Part shown: piece by piece, positions 52,386 through 62,195 of the stretch
Position numbering within the stretch: the first letter of the stretch is position 1
How the letters are laid out: each line of letters starts with the position of its first letter
NCBI GenBank assembly: GCA_963816145.1
Contig: CAWFJP010000001.1
Location: 1-64,000, forward strand
Source: an uncultured delta proteobacterium
GTDB lineage: Bacteria > Desulfobacterota > Binatia > UBA9968
Direction of reading: 5' to 3'
DNA: 64,000 bases
Made by a program: the position numbers and the translations under genes
The notes under the pieces: generated by a model
The model's database searches: none
Told to the model about the DNA's origin: nothing
What the model saw: the letters and a program-made list of their open reading frames with translations, nothing else

Positions 52386-53126
52386 ATGTCTACCCTGTTT
52401 TGGATCATTGCCGGCGGCTTGCTAATGAGCGCCATTGCGTTAGTCGGCAGTGTCACACTCTTTTTGAACGAAGCAACGCTCAAAAAGTTACTCCTGCCGC
52501 TGGTCGCCCTGGCGGCGGGCTCCCTGCTCGGCGGCGCTCTCCTTCACATGATTCCCGCCGCCGTCGAAAAGGGCGGCAACCATTTGTCGGTTTATCTCTG
52601 GACTCTGCTCGGCTTCACGCTGTTCCTGGCTCTCGAACAGTTTCTGCACTGGCACCACTGCCACCGGACACCAAGCGAGCACCAGCCCTTGACCTATTTA
52701 ATCTTAATCGCGGACGGCGTGCATAATTTCATCGGCGGCCTCGCCGTCGCCGGAGCTTTTCTGATTGACGTCAGAGTCGGCATCAGCACTTGGCTCGCCG
52801 CCGCCGCCCATGAAGTGCCGCAAGAGCTGGGAGACTTCGGCATTCTCATCCACGGTGGTTGGAAGAAAGGCCCGGCACTGCTCTACAACTTCCTTTCAGC
52901 CCTGACTTTCCTGGTCGGCGGCATCGTCGCTTATGGCGCCTCGTTCACCTTTGATATGACTTTTCTGCTGCCCTTCGCCGCCGGCAACTTCATCTATATC
53001 GCTGCCGCCGATCTGATACCGGAAATCAAGCATGAAGAAAACGCCGGGCTTAACCTCGTCCACTTTTTGTCGTTCCTGATTGGGCTTGGGCTGCTCTGGC
53101 TGGTGCGATTCGTGTTCGAGGATTGA
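52386..53126 (+). CDS. ZIP family metal transporter
   Basis: WHHCH, DGVHNFIGG, HEVPQELGDFG. Confidence 0.93.
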   Translation: MSTLFWIIAGGLLMSAIALVGSVTLFLNEATLKKLLLPLVALAAGSLLGGALLHMIPAAVEKGGNHLSVYLWTLLGFTLFLALEQFLHWHHCHRTPSEHQPLTYLILIADGVHNFIGGLAVAGAFLIDVRVGISTWLAAAAHEVPQELGDFGILIHGGWKKGPALLYNFLSALTFLVGGIVAYGASFTFDMTFLLPFAAGNFIYIAAADLIPEIKHEENAGLNLVHFLSFLIGLGLLWLVRFVFED

Positions 53127-53342
53127 AGCGTCTGGGCATCCGCTTTGTTCTCATGTTGATCACGCCGCGCGCCGACCCGCCACGGTTTTGATGTTGTTGG
53201 GTTTCTTTTAGCTCATGTGATTGAACGCGCTGCCACGTCAACATGATTCCCACGGCCGCGGTTATATGCGCCTTTATTTCTCAAGTTTGAAAATCGACTT
53301 CTGCTTCAGACCCTAAAAACTTGCGTTTTTGCCACCTAGAGC

Positions 53343-53357
53343 TGGCATAAATTCTGC
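53343..53357 (+). promoter_or_regulatory. Probable sigma-54 promoter TGGCATAAATTCTGC
   Basis: GG-N10-GC; TCTCA-N4-TGAAA at 53279. Confidence 0.55.
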
Positions 53358-53491
53358 CACATAGTAATTCGTGCCACACGAACCGCCGGCGTCAGCCATG
53401 CGCACCCAGCGCAGGTCGTGCGGCCGTAGGGCCAAACGCCGCGGGAGGAGCACAATGACGAGCCTGGTAGCGGCAAGGAGAAGCAATTGAG

Positions 53492-54100
53492 ATGTCCAGT
53501 GAAGAGGCAAGCAAATTAATTACCCTGCCCGTCGATCGCCCCATCTGGGAACGGGTCTTTTGCGTCGCGCCGTTGGTGATCGTCGGCAGCAAAGAGCCGA
53601 CCGGCGAGTACGATCTGGCGCCCAAGCATATGGCCATGCCTCTGGGGTGGGGTAATTATTTCTGTTTTGTTTGCAGTCCGCGCCACGCTACTTATCACAA
53701 CATCCGGCGCCACGGCGCATTTACGGTCAGCTACCCGCGCGTCGGTGAGGTTATTTACACATCTCTCGCTGCGGCGCCTCGCTCCGAAGACCAGTCAAAA
53801 CCGAGCTTGCTGGCCCTGCCCACGTTGGCCGCAAGCAAAGTCGACGGCGTCTTGGTCACGGGCTGTTATTTATATCTGGAGTGCAGCCTGCACAGCATGC
53901 TCGACGATTTCGACGGCTACAGCTTAATCATCGGCAAAATCGTGGCGGCAGCCGCGCATGAAGACGCCTTGCGCAAACAAGAGATCGACGACAGCGATCA
54001 GATCTTCCGCTTCCCTTTGCTGGCTTACTTGCAACCCGGCCGGATTGCGGAGATTCGCCAGAGCACGACATTTCCGCTGCCGGAGGGTTTTTCCCGTTGA
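53492..54100 (+). CDS. Flavin reductase-like FMN-binding split-barrel protein
   Basis: PLVIVGS, DLAPKH, H.TY.NI...G.FTVS, LEC, LIIGKIV. Confidence 0.8.
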   Translation: MSSEEASKLITLPVDRPIWERVFCVAPLVIVGSKEPTGEYDLAPKHMAMPLGWGNYFCFVCSPRHATYHNIRRHGAFTVSYPRVGEVIYTSLAAAPRSEDQSKPSLLALPTLAASKVDGVLVTGCYLYLECSLHSMLDDFDGYSLIIGKIVAAAAHEDALRKQEIDDSDQIFRFPLLAYLQPGRIAEIRQSTTFPLPEGFSR

Positions 54101-54190
54101 ACGAAGAGGCCGATCGTGAATCGCAGAGGATGTCATGCGTGATTTCGCGAAGCCAAAGAGTCATTCAATTCCATTACCGGGGTTAAGACC

Positions 54191-55420
54191 ATGACGGGAT
54201 TGGCGGACCTCGATGTTAGGCGCATCGTCGACTACTTGCAGCAACAGCGCGCGGGCATGATTGAGTTGCTGCAGCGCCTGGTCTTGACTGAATCTTCTTC
54301 CGAGGATCCAACCGGGCTGGATCAGGTGATGGCGATCTTGGCCGCGGAGCTCAAGTCGTCCGGAATGTCGGTGCGCCGCCTGCCTGGGCGCGCTTCAGGC
54401 GGTCTAGTGTACGCGCGCCAACTTCGGCAGCCGGCGAGATTCCCTTTCCAGTTGCTCATCGGCCATTGCGATACGGTCTGGCCCGCGGGGACTCTTGGCA
54501 GCATGCCCGTGCGCGCAGAAAGCGGTATTCTTTACGGGCCGGGCGTCTTCGACATGAAGGCGGGATTGGTGCAGATGATCTACGCTCTGCGCGCGCTCGG
54601 CGAGTTAAACCTCGACGCGCCGGCATCCTGCAAGGTCGTGATCAACTCCGACGAAGAAATCGGCAGCCCGGATTCCACGCCGCTGATCCGCAGCCTGGCA
54701 CGGCGCGCCCAACGCGCTTTCATCCTGGAGCCGGCCTTCGGCAAGTCAGGGAAGCTCAAAACGGCACGCAAAGCGGTGGGCAATTTCACGCTGACGATCA
54801 AGGGCCGAGCGGCTCATGCCGGCGTCAGCCCCGAGGAAGGCGCCAGCGCGATCCTTGAGCTGTCGCATCAAGTTCAGCGCCTTTTTGCGCTCAATGATCC
54901 GTCACGGGGCATCACGGTCAACGTCGGCACCATTGCCGGCGGCACTCGATCCAACGTGATCGCCGCCGAGGTTCGCGCCAACATCGATGTGCGCGTGCGC
55001 ACGCTTGACGATGCCCAAACGGTCGAATCGGCGATTCGCAGCTTATCCCCGGTCAATTCGGAAACGGTGCTTCACGTCAACGGCGGTTTCGATCATCCGC
55101 CGATGGAGCCGTCGGAACGTAACCAGGCGCTCTGGTGGCTGGCGCAAGAAACCGGAAGGCGCTTGGGATTGGAGCTCGAACAAGCCGCGGTGGGCGGAGC
55201 TTCGGACGGCAACACCACGAGCCAATACACGGCGACTCTCGATGGCTTGGGGGCGGTTGGAGACGGTGCGCACGCCGCCCATGAATATGTCGAACTACTT
55301 TGCCTGGCAGAACGCGCGGCGTTGCTTGCGCTTCTCCTTATGGCACCGATCTCCGTTTCCGACAAAACCGATCAAAGTCGCCGAGCCGGCAGGATTTCGT
55401 CATCAGGAGCGCAGTCATGA
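54191..55420 (+). CDS. M20 family metallopeptidase (carboxypeptidase G2-like)
   Basis: GHCDTVW, GPGVFDMK.G, DEEIGS, LEP, GGASDGN, GAHA.HE. Confidence 0.93.
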   Translation: MTGLADLDVRRIVDYLQQQRAGMIELLQRLVLTESSSEDPTGLDQVMAILAAELKSSGMSVRRLPGRASGGLVYARQLRQPARFPFQLLIGHCDTVWPAGTLGSMPVRAESGILYGPGVFDMKAGLVQMIYALRALGELNLDAPASCKVVINSDEEIGSPDSTPLIRSLARRAQRAFILEPAFGKSGKLKTARKAVGNFTLTIKGRAAHAGVSPEEGASAILELSHQVQRLFALNDPSRGITVNVGTIAGGTRSNVIAAEVRANIDVRVRTLDDAQTVESAIRSLSPVNSETVLHVNGGFDHPPMEPSERNQALWWLAQETGRRLGLELEQAAVGGASDGNTTSQYTATLDGLGAVGDGAHAAHEYVELLCLAERAALLALLLMAPISVSDKTDQSRRAGRISSSGAQS

Positions 55421-57060
55421 TCATCGCCCGGGAAGCCACCAGCGTCGATGTGCCGGCAATTACAGAGATCTTTCAAGCTTGTTACGGCACCGCTTATTCG
55501 GACTCGCGTTTCTATGATCCGACGGCGCTCAACAAAATGGTGATTTCCGATGACACACTGATGCTCGTCGCAGAGGACCAAGACACAGGTAAGATCTTGG
55601 GCACGGCATCGGTGATTCTCGAAGTGGGGGCCTACGCGGACCTGACGGGTGAATTCGGTCGTTTGGCGGTGCGCCCCGAAGCGCGCAACCGGGGCATTGG
55701 CAAGCTCCTCATGGAGGAACGGCTGCGGCGGGTCGAAGGTCGGCTGCAACTCGGAATCATCGAAGGGCGCACCGCTCATCCTTACACCTTGAAGATTGCC
55801 GAAGGCCATCAGTTCAACCCGGTCGGGTTCCTCCCCTTGAAGTGGCAGCTCCAAAGCCGCGAAAGCATCGCGCTGCTCGCGCGCCACTTCGGCAACGCTC
55901 TGGAGCTGCGCAAAAATCATCCGCGTCTCGTTCCCGAAGCTTATCCCCTCGCCTGCTTGGCACTGGAGAACTGCGGAATCAAGCCCGATGCCATTGTCGA
56001 TGAGGAAGCGGCGCCCTATCCTCCGGGCAGCGCCTATAGCCTGCAAGAGTTAACCACGGAAGGATACGCGGCTTTGCTGCGTATCGAGCGCGGGCGCGTG
56101 CGCAACCGTGAAATCTTTGGGCCGTTGCGGCTTCATTACGGTCTCTTTTTGGTTCAAGCGCGCAAATCACGCTATCTCATTGCTCGTGAAAACGGCGCAA
56201 TTGCCGGGGCCGTCGGGTTTATTCTCGACCCGGCGGAGAAAGTCGTGCGCGTATTCGAGTTGATTTCGCTGCACGACGACGTCGTTCGCTACTTGCTTGC
56301 GGAACTGGAGCGGCTGTGCCGCCAGGAGTGGCAGATCTGCTACGTTGAGATCGACGTGAGCGCCTATTCGCCGCGCATGCAGCGCACGCTGGTCGAGATC
56401 GGTTTCCTTCCCGCCGCCTATGTTCCCGCGCTGGTCTTTCACGAAGTCGAGCGCCTCGATACGATCAAGATGGTGCGTCTCTTGGCGCCACTGCAAGTAG
56501 ACACCCGGTACCTCACGCCGCGCGCGCGAGTCATCGCTGAAACCGTACTGCGTCTCTTCAAGAGTCGCAGTGTCTTGCCGCTGATTGCGCAAGCGGCACG
56601 GCAGCTACCGCTGTTCTGCGGCTTGAATACCGAACAGATCAGACGTCTGGCCCGCGTCTGCACGATCTCGACGTTCGAACCGGGAGCGATCATTTTCCGC
56701 GAGGGCGATGAGAGCGATCGACTTTACGTCGTGATCGAGGGCAACGCAGCTATTGCTATCGAAGCCGTTGGTGGCTCGGTCGGCATGGTCACCGGCGGGG
56801 AGTGCCTGGGTGAGATTTCACTGCTGACAGCCACCCCTCACTCGGCAACAGCCACGGCCCGGACAGTGGTCGAGACCGCGGTGCTCGATCGCCAAAACCT
56901 TGCGGAGCTTATACGGTTGCGGCCGGATATCGGCGTGCAGATTTACAAAAATCTTGCCGCGGGACTGGGGGAAAAACTCAAGCGCGCGGACCTTTCTGTA
57001 AATAGAGCCAGGCGCATGTCTCCACGCGCGCGAAGCTATCGCAGGAGCGATCGTCAATGA
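55417..57060 (+). CDS. GNAT-(GNAT-like)-cyclic-nucleotide-binding domain protein
   Basis: ATGA overlap with M20; RLAVRPEARNRGIGKLL; C-terminal IFREGD...LYVV.EG...GEISLL...PHSATA. Confidence 0.85.
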   Translation: MIIAREATSVDVPAITEIFQACYGTAYSDSRFYDPTALNKMVISDDTLMLVAEDQDTGKILGTASVILEVGAYADLTGEFGRLAVRPEARNRGIGKLLMEERLRRVEGRLQLGIIEGRTAHPYTLKIAEGHQFNPVGFLPLKWQLQSRESIALLARHFGNALELRKNHPRLVPEAYPLACLALENCGIKPDAIVDEEAAPYPPGSAYSLQELTTEGYAALLRIERGRVRNREIFGPLRLHYGLFLVQARKSRYLIARENGAIAGAVGFILDPAEKVVRVFELISLHDDVVRYLLAELERLCRQEWQICYVEIDVSAYSPRMQRTLVEIGFLPAAYVPALVFHEVERLDTIKMVRLLAPLQVDTRYLTPRARVIAETVLRLFKSRSVLPLIAQAARQLPLFCGLNTEQIRRLARVCTISTFEPGAIIFREGDESDRLYVVIEGNAAIAIEAVGGSVGMVTGGECLGEISLLTATPHSATATARTVVETAVLDRQNLAELIRLRPDIGVQIYKNLAAGLGEKLKRADLSVNRARRMSPRARSYRRSDRQ

Positions 57061-57155
57061 AAATCACGATAGCGTAATCAAAGCGGACATCGGCTCCATC
57101 GGCGTTTGGCGCGTCGCTGAGGAAAACTTGGGATACCGGTTAAGACGGTTAGTTC

Positions 57156-57266
57156 CGATCGCCAGCTTTTTGCGTAACATATGCGGTTGCGGCCGGATAT
57201 TGGCTTGCAGATCTTCAAGCATCTTACCGTGGTGCGGGGGAAAAGCTGAAGCGCGGGGACATCTCT
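57156..57266 (+). pseudogene. Degenerate duplicate of the cNMP-domain 3' end
   Basis: Aligns by eye with 56886-56997; contains an in-frame TAA and an indel. Confidence 0.7.
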
Positions 57267-57267
57267 T

Positions 57268-57620
57268 TCATCGCATCGGCCATAACGCCGTTCTTTCCAG
57301 AACGGACTCTGTCTCTAGCAACACTTGTCGGTCATCAAAGCGAATGACTTTCAATCCTTGCTCTTCCAGCTCCCTGGTCCGTTGAGCGTCGTAGTTTGCT
57401 TGTCCGCGTTCCAAATGCTGAGCGCCGTCCAGTTCGATGACTAGTATTGCCACCGGTGCATAAGAGTCAGCGCTGTAGTTGCCGATGGGCTTTTGCCTGT
57501 AGAATTGCCCGCCGCGAATTTGTTTTCGCCGCAGGCGGTACCACAAATGAAGTTCGGCATCGGTTGAATTGGTACGCAAGGAGCGAGCTTTGGCCTTGAG
57601 CCTTCGATTGTCGGTTAACA
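57268..57620 (-). pseudogene. DUF559 (Vsr-like) endonuclease, degenerate
   Basis: AR.LR...TDAE..LW..LR.KQ..G..F.RQ.PIG.Y..D...LVIELDG.QH; lacks a clear start. Confidence 0.75.
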
Positions 57621-57724
57621 GCTGACAAATCCCCCCGGCCCCCCTTTTTCAAAGGGAGGTGAAACCCATAGCAACAGCGTTCCTTGCCAAATTCCACCGA
57701 TTCGATTACGCAAAAAACCGTAAT

Positions 57725-58210
57725 TCAAATATGGCCGCGCGCATCCTGTAATTTTTTGTACCAGTCGGGCACGCTGAATTCGTCGACCCGATAGGTCGGC
57801 CGGTAGCCTTTGATATCGAGGATCGGCGTGCCGTCGAAAAAGTCGAGCCCGCTGACTTTGAGAAATCGACCGTTACGTCCAAGCAAGCGAACGAGCGTGA
57901 GGCCGATCGGATTGGGCCGCGTCGGCGAATCCAAGGCGAAGACGCCGAGCAGCGGCAGTTCCTCTAGTTTGAAACCTCTATTGACCAGCCGTCTCGGCTT
58001 CACCTGCAACGGACCGATCTGATCGGACCTGAGCCGATCAAAATACGCAAGGACAAAAAGATGGGAGTAACCGTCGATGCCTTCCAGCGCCGGTTCAAAC
58101 TCGGCGTAGATTTCCAATTCTCCTGCCAGATCTTTGCCCTCCCCGCGAATGTCGGCTTCGGAAGACTGTGTTTTGACCTGACCAATCGGCTTAAAAATAA
58201 TTTCAGGCAT
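57725..58210 (-). CDS. trmO: TrmO/TsaA-like SAM-binding methyltransferase domain protein
   Basis: FKPIG, ALEGI.GYSHL, GVFA..SP.RPNPIGL, GLD..DGTPILDIK.Y. Confidence 0.85.
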   Translation of the reverse strand: MPEIIFKPIGQVKTQSSEADIRGEGKDLAGELEIYAEFEPALEGIDGYSHLFVLAYFDRLRSDQIGPLQVKPRRLVNRGFKLEELPLLGVFALDSPTRPNPIGLTLVRLLGRNGRFLKVSGLDFFDGTPILDIKGYRPTYRVDEFSVPDWYKKLQDARGHI

Positions 58211-58268
58211 AAAGAACTCCGTTCCGGCGGCACTGAGAGATCCGCAAGACTTACCGATCTCGCCGCGG

Positions 58269-58709
58269 TTATTTGGCCGGCGTCGTGGCGTCGTGCTTAA
58301 GAAATGCCACCAAGTCGATCAGCTCTTGCACCGTCAAGAAGTAATTATAATTGCCCATGGCGGCTTTCCCGTCTTTGACCGTGTATCCGGGAGCGGCTAC
58401 TGCCGTATGTGCTTTGATGATCGACGAAGCCAGGTACTCTTTGGGCAGAACCGCGTATCCGGTCAGCTCCGGTCCGATGTTGCCGGGTCGTGCGGCGAAC
58501 GATTCCTTCGGCAGTTTGATCGTGTGGCACGCGTGGCATTCCAATTTGGTGAAAAGCTGCTTGCCGGTTTCGTGGTTGCCATCGGGGAATGAAAAGCTCC
58601 AGCCTTTGGGCAGGCTCGGTTTAGCCGGACTTGCCTTTTGCGCCAGCGCCATACCAGACAGCGATAGTGCCAGCGTCAATGTTAATGCATATGGTATGAT
58701 TCGTTTCAC
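58269..58709 (-). CDS. Monoheme cytochrome c, exported
   Basis: Signal peptide, GKQLF...ECHACH, IGPELT; AAGGAG RBS. Confidence 0.88.
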   Translation of the reverse strand: MKRIIPYALTLTLALSLSGMALAQKASPAKPSLPKGWSFSFPDGNHETGKQLFTKLECHACHTIKLPKESFAARPGNIGPELTGYAVLPKEYLASSIIKAHTAVAAPGYTVKDGKAAMGNYNYFLTVQELIDLVAFLKHDATTPAK

Positions 58710-59280
58710 AACTCGATCTCCTTTAGTTGCGCATAATGATCAGCAGTCTTTCACAGAAGGCATGATAAACTTTTTCTATGCATGCCAGAGAATCGCGAGG
58801 CACGGCCGTTCACGGCACCCCGGGAAAGGTAACTACTTTATGCCATCTTCGCCATAGGCAATCCCAGCCATGTTCACTTTCCTTTACAAAGTTGTGTTTG
58901 AATCCGTCTCATAAAATTTTCCTAATCTTCCACCGGTTCGCGAACCTGGTTCAACTTACCCAATCCTCAAAGGTCTCCGCGCCGCCGCACTTGATAGCGA
59001 TCCACCGCCGGGACTAATTGAGCAATTGATATGCCGCGAAAGATTCAATCGATGTCGTAGCCTTTTCACGCGTCCTTTCGCAGATCTGGCAATATCGCGA
59101 GTCACTTCTCTCAGGGATGCAGAAATTACCGCAGACATGATCTTCCGTGGACGGCAATACAATGCCATCAGAGACGTCGTTTTTGGATTTCGACTGAGAC
59201 TCTTTCAGCGTCCTCTTGGTTTCATCCATACAGCGCGCCAAGGACGCCATCCGCCGCGCTCCGGCCAACGCAACTAATGA

Positions 59281-59585
59281 TTATTTTTCTAAACCCCGGA
59301 CGAAACCTTGCTGAACCATCTTGTCTCTCGTCACCCCAAGCGCTTTGATCTGCCTAGTCTCGCCTTTGAAGGTCGCGCTAACGGAATAATTTCCCGGCGG
59401 CAGCTGGATGTGGAACAGGGGCCGTCGGTTGCGAGAGAAGCGATCTCAGCGCCTTTTGCGGTCGCGATCCGCACCGTCTGACCTGAGATAAATGATCCGT
59501 CCTTGGCCGCGAAGACGAGCTTGATGTTATAGCGTTTGGCACACTCTTCGATTGTTGCGCGCTCACCCTTGCTCAGCCAACGGAA
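59281..59585 (-). pseudogene. Degraded exported beta-sandwich (carboxypeptidase-regulatory-like) protein
   Basis: Manual translation ER..IE..AKRYNIKLVFA..DG...TDGP[fs]FHIQLPPGNYSVSATFKG. Confidence 0.55.
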
Positions 59586-59636
59586 AAGCAGAACCAGAGT
59601 ATTTTATGAATCAAATCGGAGGGTAGAATCAGCCTG

Positions 59637-59987
59637 TTATCTTTCTTCCAACTCTTTCTTGAGCTCTTCCAACTTGTCGCTCTGGCGCTGTATTTCGAGG
59701 TCGCATTGTTGGATCTTTTGATCGATATCGTTGCGTTTTTTTTCTAGTGCCTCGACCTGGCCACCGATGACAAACCCGGCGCACCAGCCAAGAGCTGCTC
59801 CGGCGATGCCTCCGGTCCAGGTATATCCAGACACACTACCGATACCTGCACCTACAGTAGAACCGACTACTGCGCCAGAGCCGGCGGTCTTTTGTCGCGT
59901 CGTTAACGGATCAGAGCAGGCAAAAACAACCGCCAGTAAAAACACGCTAGTAATTGCCAGAACGCGATGTCTCATACACGCTTCCAT
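59637..59987 (-). CDS. Glycine-zipper lipoprotein with coiled-coil tail
   Basis: VFAC lipobox; GAVVG..VGAGIG...GAALG. Confidence 0.75.
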   Translation of the reverse strand: MEACMRHRVLAITSVFLLAVVFACSDPLTTRQKTAGSGAVVGSTVGAGIGSVSGYTWTGGIAGAALGWCAGFVIGGQVEALEKKRNDIDQKIQQCDLEIQRQSDKLEELKKELEER

Positions 59988-60012
59988 CCATCAACCACAT
60001 GACAAGCCAAGC

Positions 60013-60027
60013 GCAAACTTCATGCCG
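60013..60027 (-). promoter_or_regulatory. Possible sigma-54 promoter CGGCATGAAGTTTGC
   Basis: Consensus spacing just upstream of the lipoprotein gene. Confidence 0.55.
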
Positions 60028-60124
60028 CCGGTTCTCGTTACTGGGCGCCGTCCAAGACCACAACACAAAAGATCTGACCTAGAAGAGTCTCACTCGCGGT
60101 CTGAACTTGAATCCCTGAGGCTTC

Positions 60125-60305
60125 ACTCCCCGCAGCTTGGCGCGTGAAATAGCTGGCCAAACCGAAGTCCGTCATTGCCGCATGTTTTAAGCGGGAATCC
60201 AGGCGAATCCGGTTCTGGACCCCCGATAAAAACATTCGCGGGTGACGAGATCCGGGAACGTTCGCAGGCTGAGCTTTCGATACCCGTGAGCTCGCTGCGG
60301 GGTGG
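60125..60305. repeat. Nested palindromic element: CGTC-tagged REP doublet inside CCCCGCAGC/GCTGCGGGG arms
   Basis: CGTCATTGCCGC...GCGGGAATCCAG ... CTGGACCCCCG...GGGTGACG. Confidence 0.65.
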
Positions 60306-60416
60306 GTCATTTTAAGTTGCTTTTCGGCCGGTCTATTTACGCAGCACAAGCCAGTCGTGCAGCGATCCCGGTTTGGCGCCTGAGGGTTGGCTACTCGCCG
60401 GTTATCATTGGTGCGG

Positions 60417-62195
60417 TTAGCTCACCGCTTGCCGGCGAAAACCTAACAACCGGCCGATCAGCAAAAAACCACAGATCAAAAACACCAAAAAGACGCCGAG
60501 CACCGCGGCTTTTTCCTGGTCAGCCTCGGCGATGTAGTCCAACATCAGCAGCGACAGCGTGCGCGATTCGTGGGTCGACAGAAAAACCACGGTTGGGATA
60601 TCGCGCGCCGCGGAGATAAAGATAATAATCGCCACCGACACCATCGTCGGCTTCAGCAGCGGCAAAAGAATTCGCCGAAAGTAGTCCAGCCGGTTGGCAC
60701 CCGAGGCATTGGATGCCTCTTCCAACTCGGGACTGATCTGCTGCACGGCGGCTTTGATGATTTGCGTGCCGAGCGGCATTTCTTTGACAATGATCGCTAG
60801 CACCAAGAGCGAAACGGTGCCGTAGAGAAGCTTGATATAGTCGCCCGAGCCGAGCACGCTCCAGAGCAGCGCTAGACTGATCAAGACTCCGGGCAACGCC
60901 CAAGGCAACCAGGAAAGAATGTCGATAAAACCTCGGCCGGGGAGCTGGGTGCGGACAATCAAATAACTGATTAGCGCATAGGCCAATGTGCCGACCAGCG
61001 CCGCGCCCAGTCCCAGCACAATAGTGTTTTGCACCGAGCGTAAAAACACCGGATCGGTAAAGGTACCGCTCCAGTGGCGCGTTGTCCAAGTGGTTTCCAG
61101 ATCGAAGTGGCCGAACAGTTCCATAAACGTGCCGATCCCCAGCATCAGCAACGGCAGAATAATCGTCACGAAGATGAAAAGCAGCGACACGCCGCAAGTG
61201 AGCCAGCGCCAGCGGCCGAGCGTCTGGCTCTCGGCGATATGGCTGCGGCCGGTTACCGTCGTGAACTCGCGGCCGCGCAGAAAGTTTCGATGCAACCAGA
61301 CCAGCAGAAAGATCAACAGCAGAAAGATGCTGCACAAGGCGGTCGCCCTCTCGTAAAGCGGCGGCTCCCAGTGGAGGTAGTCCCAGATCTTCGTCGAGAC
61401 CACGAAGATGCCGGCGGGAATGCCAAGCACCATTTCAATCTCGAACGATTCCAGGCTCCTGATGAAACCCAGGGCTGTGGAGGCTAGAACTGCCGGCGCC
61501 AGCGCTGGAATCGTTACCCGAAAAAGAACGCCAGCCCGACTACTGCCACACACCAGCCCGGCCTCTTCCATAGCCGCATCCATGGCGCCAAACGCCGGGG
61601 TCATCAGCATGAAACGGACCGATGTACTGAATGCCAGATGGCACCAGACAATGCCCCAATAGGAGTAAATATTGAATGGCGCCTCGGCGAGCCCAAAGAG
61701 ACCGACGAGCCATCGGTTGATCAGGCCGTATTGTGGATCCAAGAGAAGAATCCAACCCATCGTCACCGGCAACAGCGGCAAGAAAAAACCGAGCCACAGC
61801 GCCAGCTCGATGAAGCCCTTGAACGGTGTGTCGGTGCGGGTCACCACCCAGGCAAAGAAAATCGCCAGCGCGGTGGTCACCACCACTCGCAGCGAAGCGA
61901 GCAGAAAAGTATTGCCGAGCGCGATCGGCAATTTGGCATCGCTAAAGGCTTCGATCCAACCCTGAATCGTCCAAACCGCCGGCTGGCCCGGCCGGCTGAC
62001 GACAAAACTTTTTAGAAACAGCACGACGACGGGGTATGCCAAAAGCACGACCAGCAGCCCGATCAACAAAAATGCCGCGATCGATGGCCAAAAGAGTTGC
62101 GGGTTGCGAAGTTTCTTAAACGCCAGCGGCTGACGGAGCGCCGTCCATGATGTTTCGAGCAGAGAGTTCACAATGATGCATACCTCAGCGACCAA
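60417..62195 (-). CDS. Fe(III)/thiamine-type ABC transporter permease (two EAA repeats)
   Basis: MEEAGLVCG and LEEASNASGA loops; multiple TM segments. Confidence 0.9.
   Translation of the reverse strand: MVAEVCIIVNSLLETSWTALRQPLAFKKLRNPQLFWPSIAAFLLIGLLVVLLAYPVVVLFLKSFVVSRPGQPAVWTIQGWIEAFSDAKLPIALGNTFLLASLRVVVTTALAIFFAWVVTRTDTPFKGFIELALWLGFFLPLLPVTMGWILLLDPQYGLINRWLVGLFGLAEAPFNIYSYWGIVWCHLAFSTSVRFMLMTPAFGAMDAAMEEAGLVCGSSRAGVLFRVTIPALAPAVLASTALGFIRSLESFEIEMVLGIPAGIFVVSTKIWDYLHWEPPLYERATALCSIFLLLIFLLVWLHRNFLRGREFTTVTGRSHIAESQTLGRWRWLTCGVSLLFIFVTIILPLLMLGIGTFMELFGHFDLETTWTTRHWSGTFTDPVFLRSVQNTIVLGLGAALVGTLAYALISYLIVRTQLPGRGFIDILSWLPWALPGVLISLALLWSVLGSGDYIKLLYGTVSLLVLAIIVKEMPLGTQIIKAAVQQISPELEEASNASGANRLDYFRRILLPLLKPTMVSVAIIIFISAARDIPTVVFLSTHESRTLSLLMLDYIAEADQEKAAVLGVFLVFLICGFLLIGRLLGFRRQAVS

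Noticed and set aside
58773-58787. Sigma-54 promoter for the monoheme cytochrome
   Set aside because: TGGCA present but no GC at the -12 position
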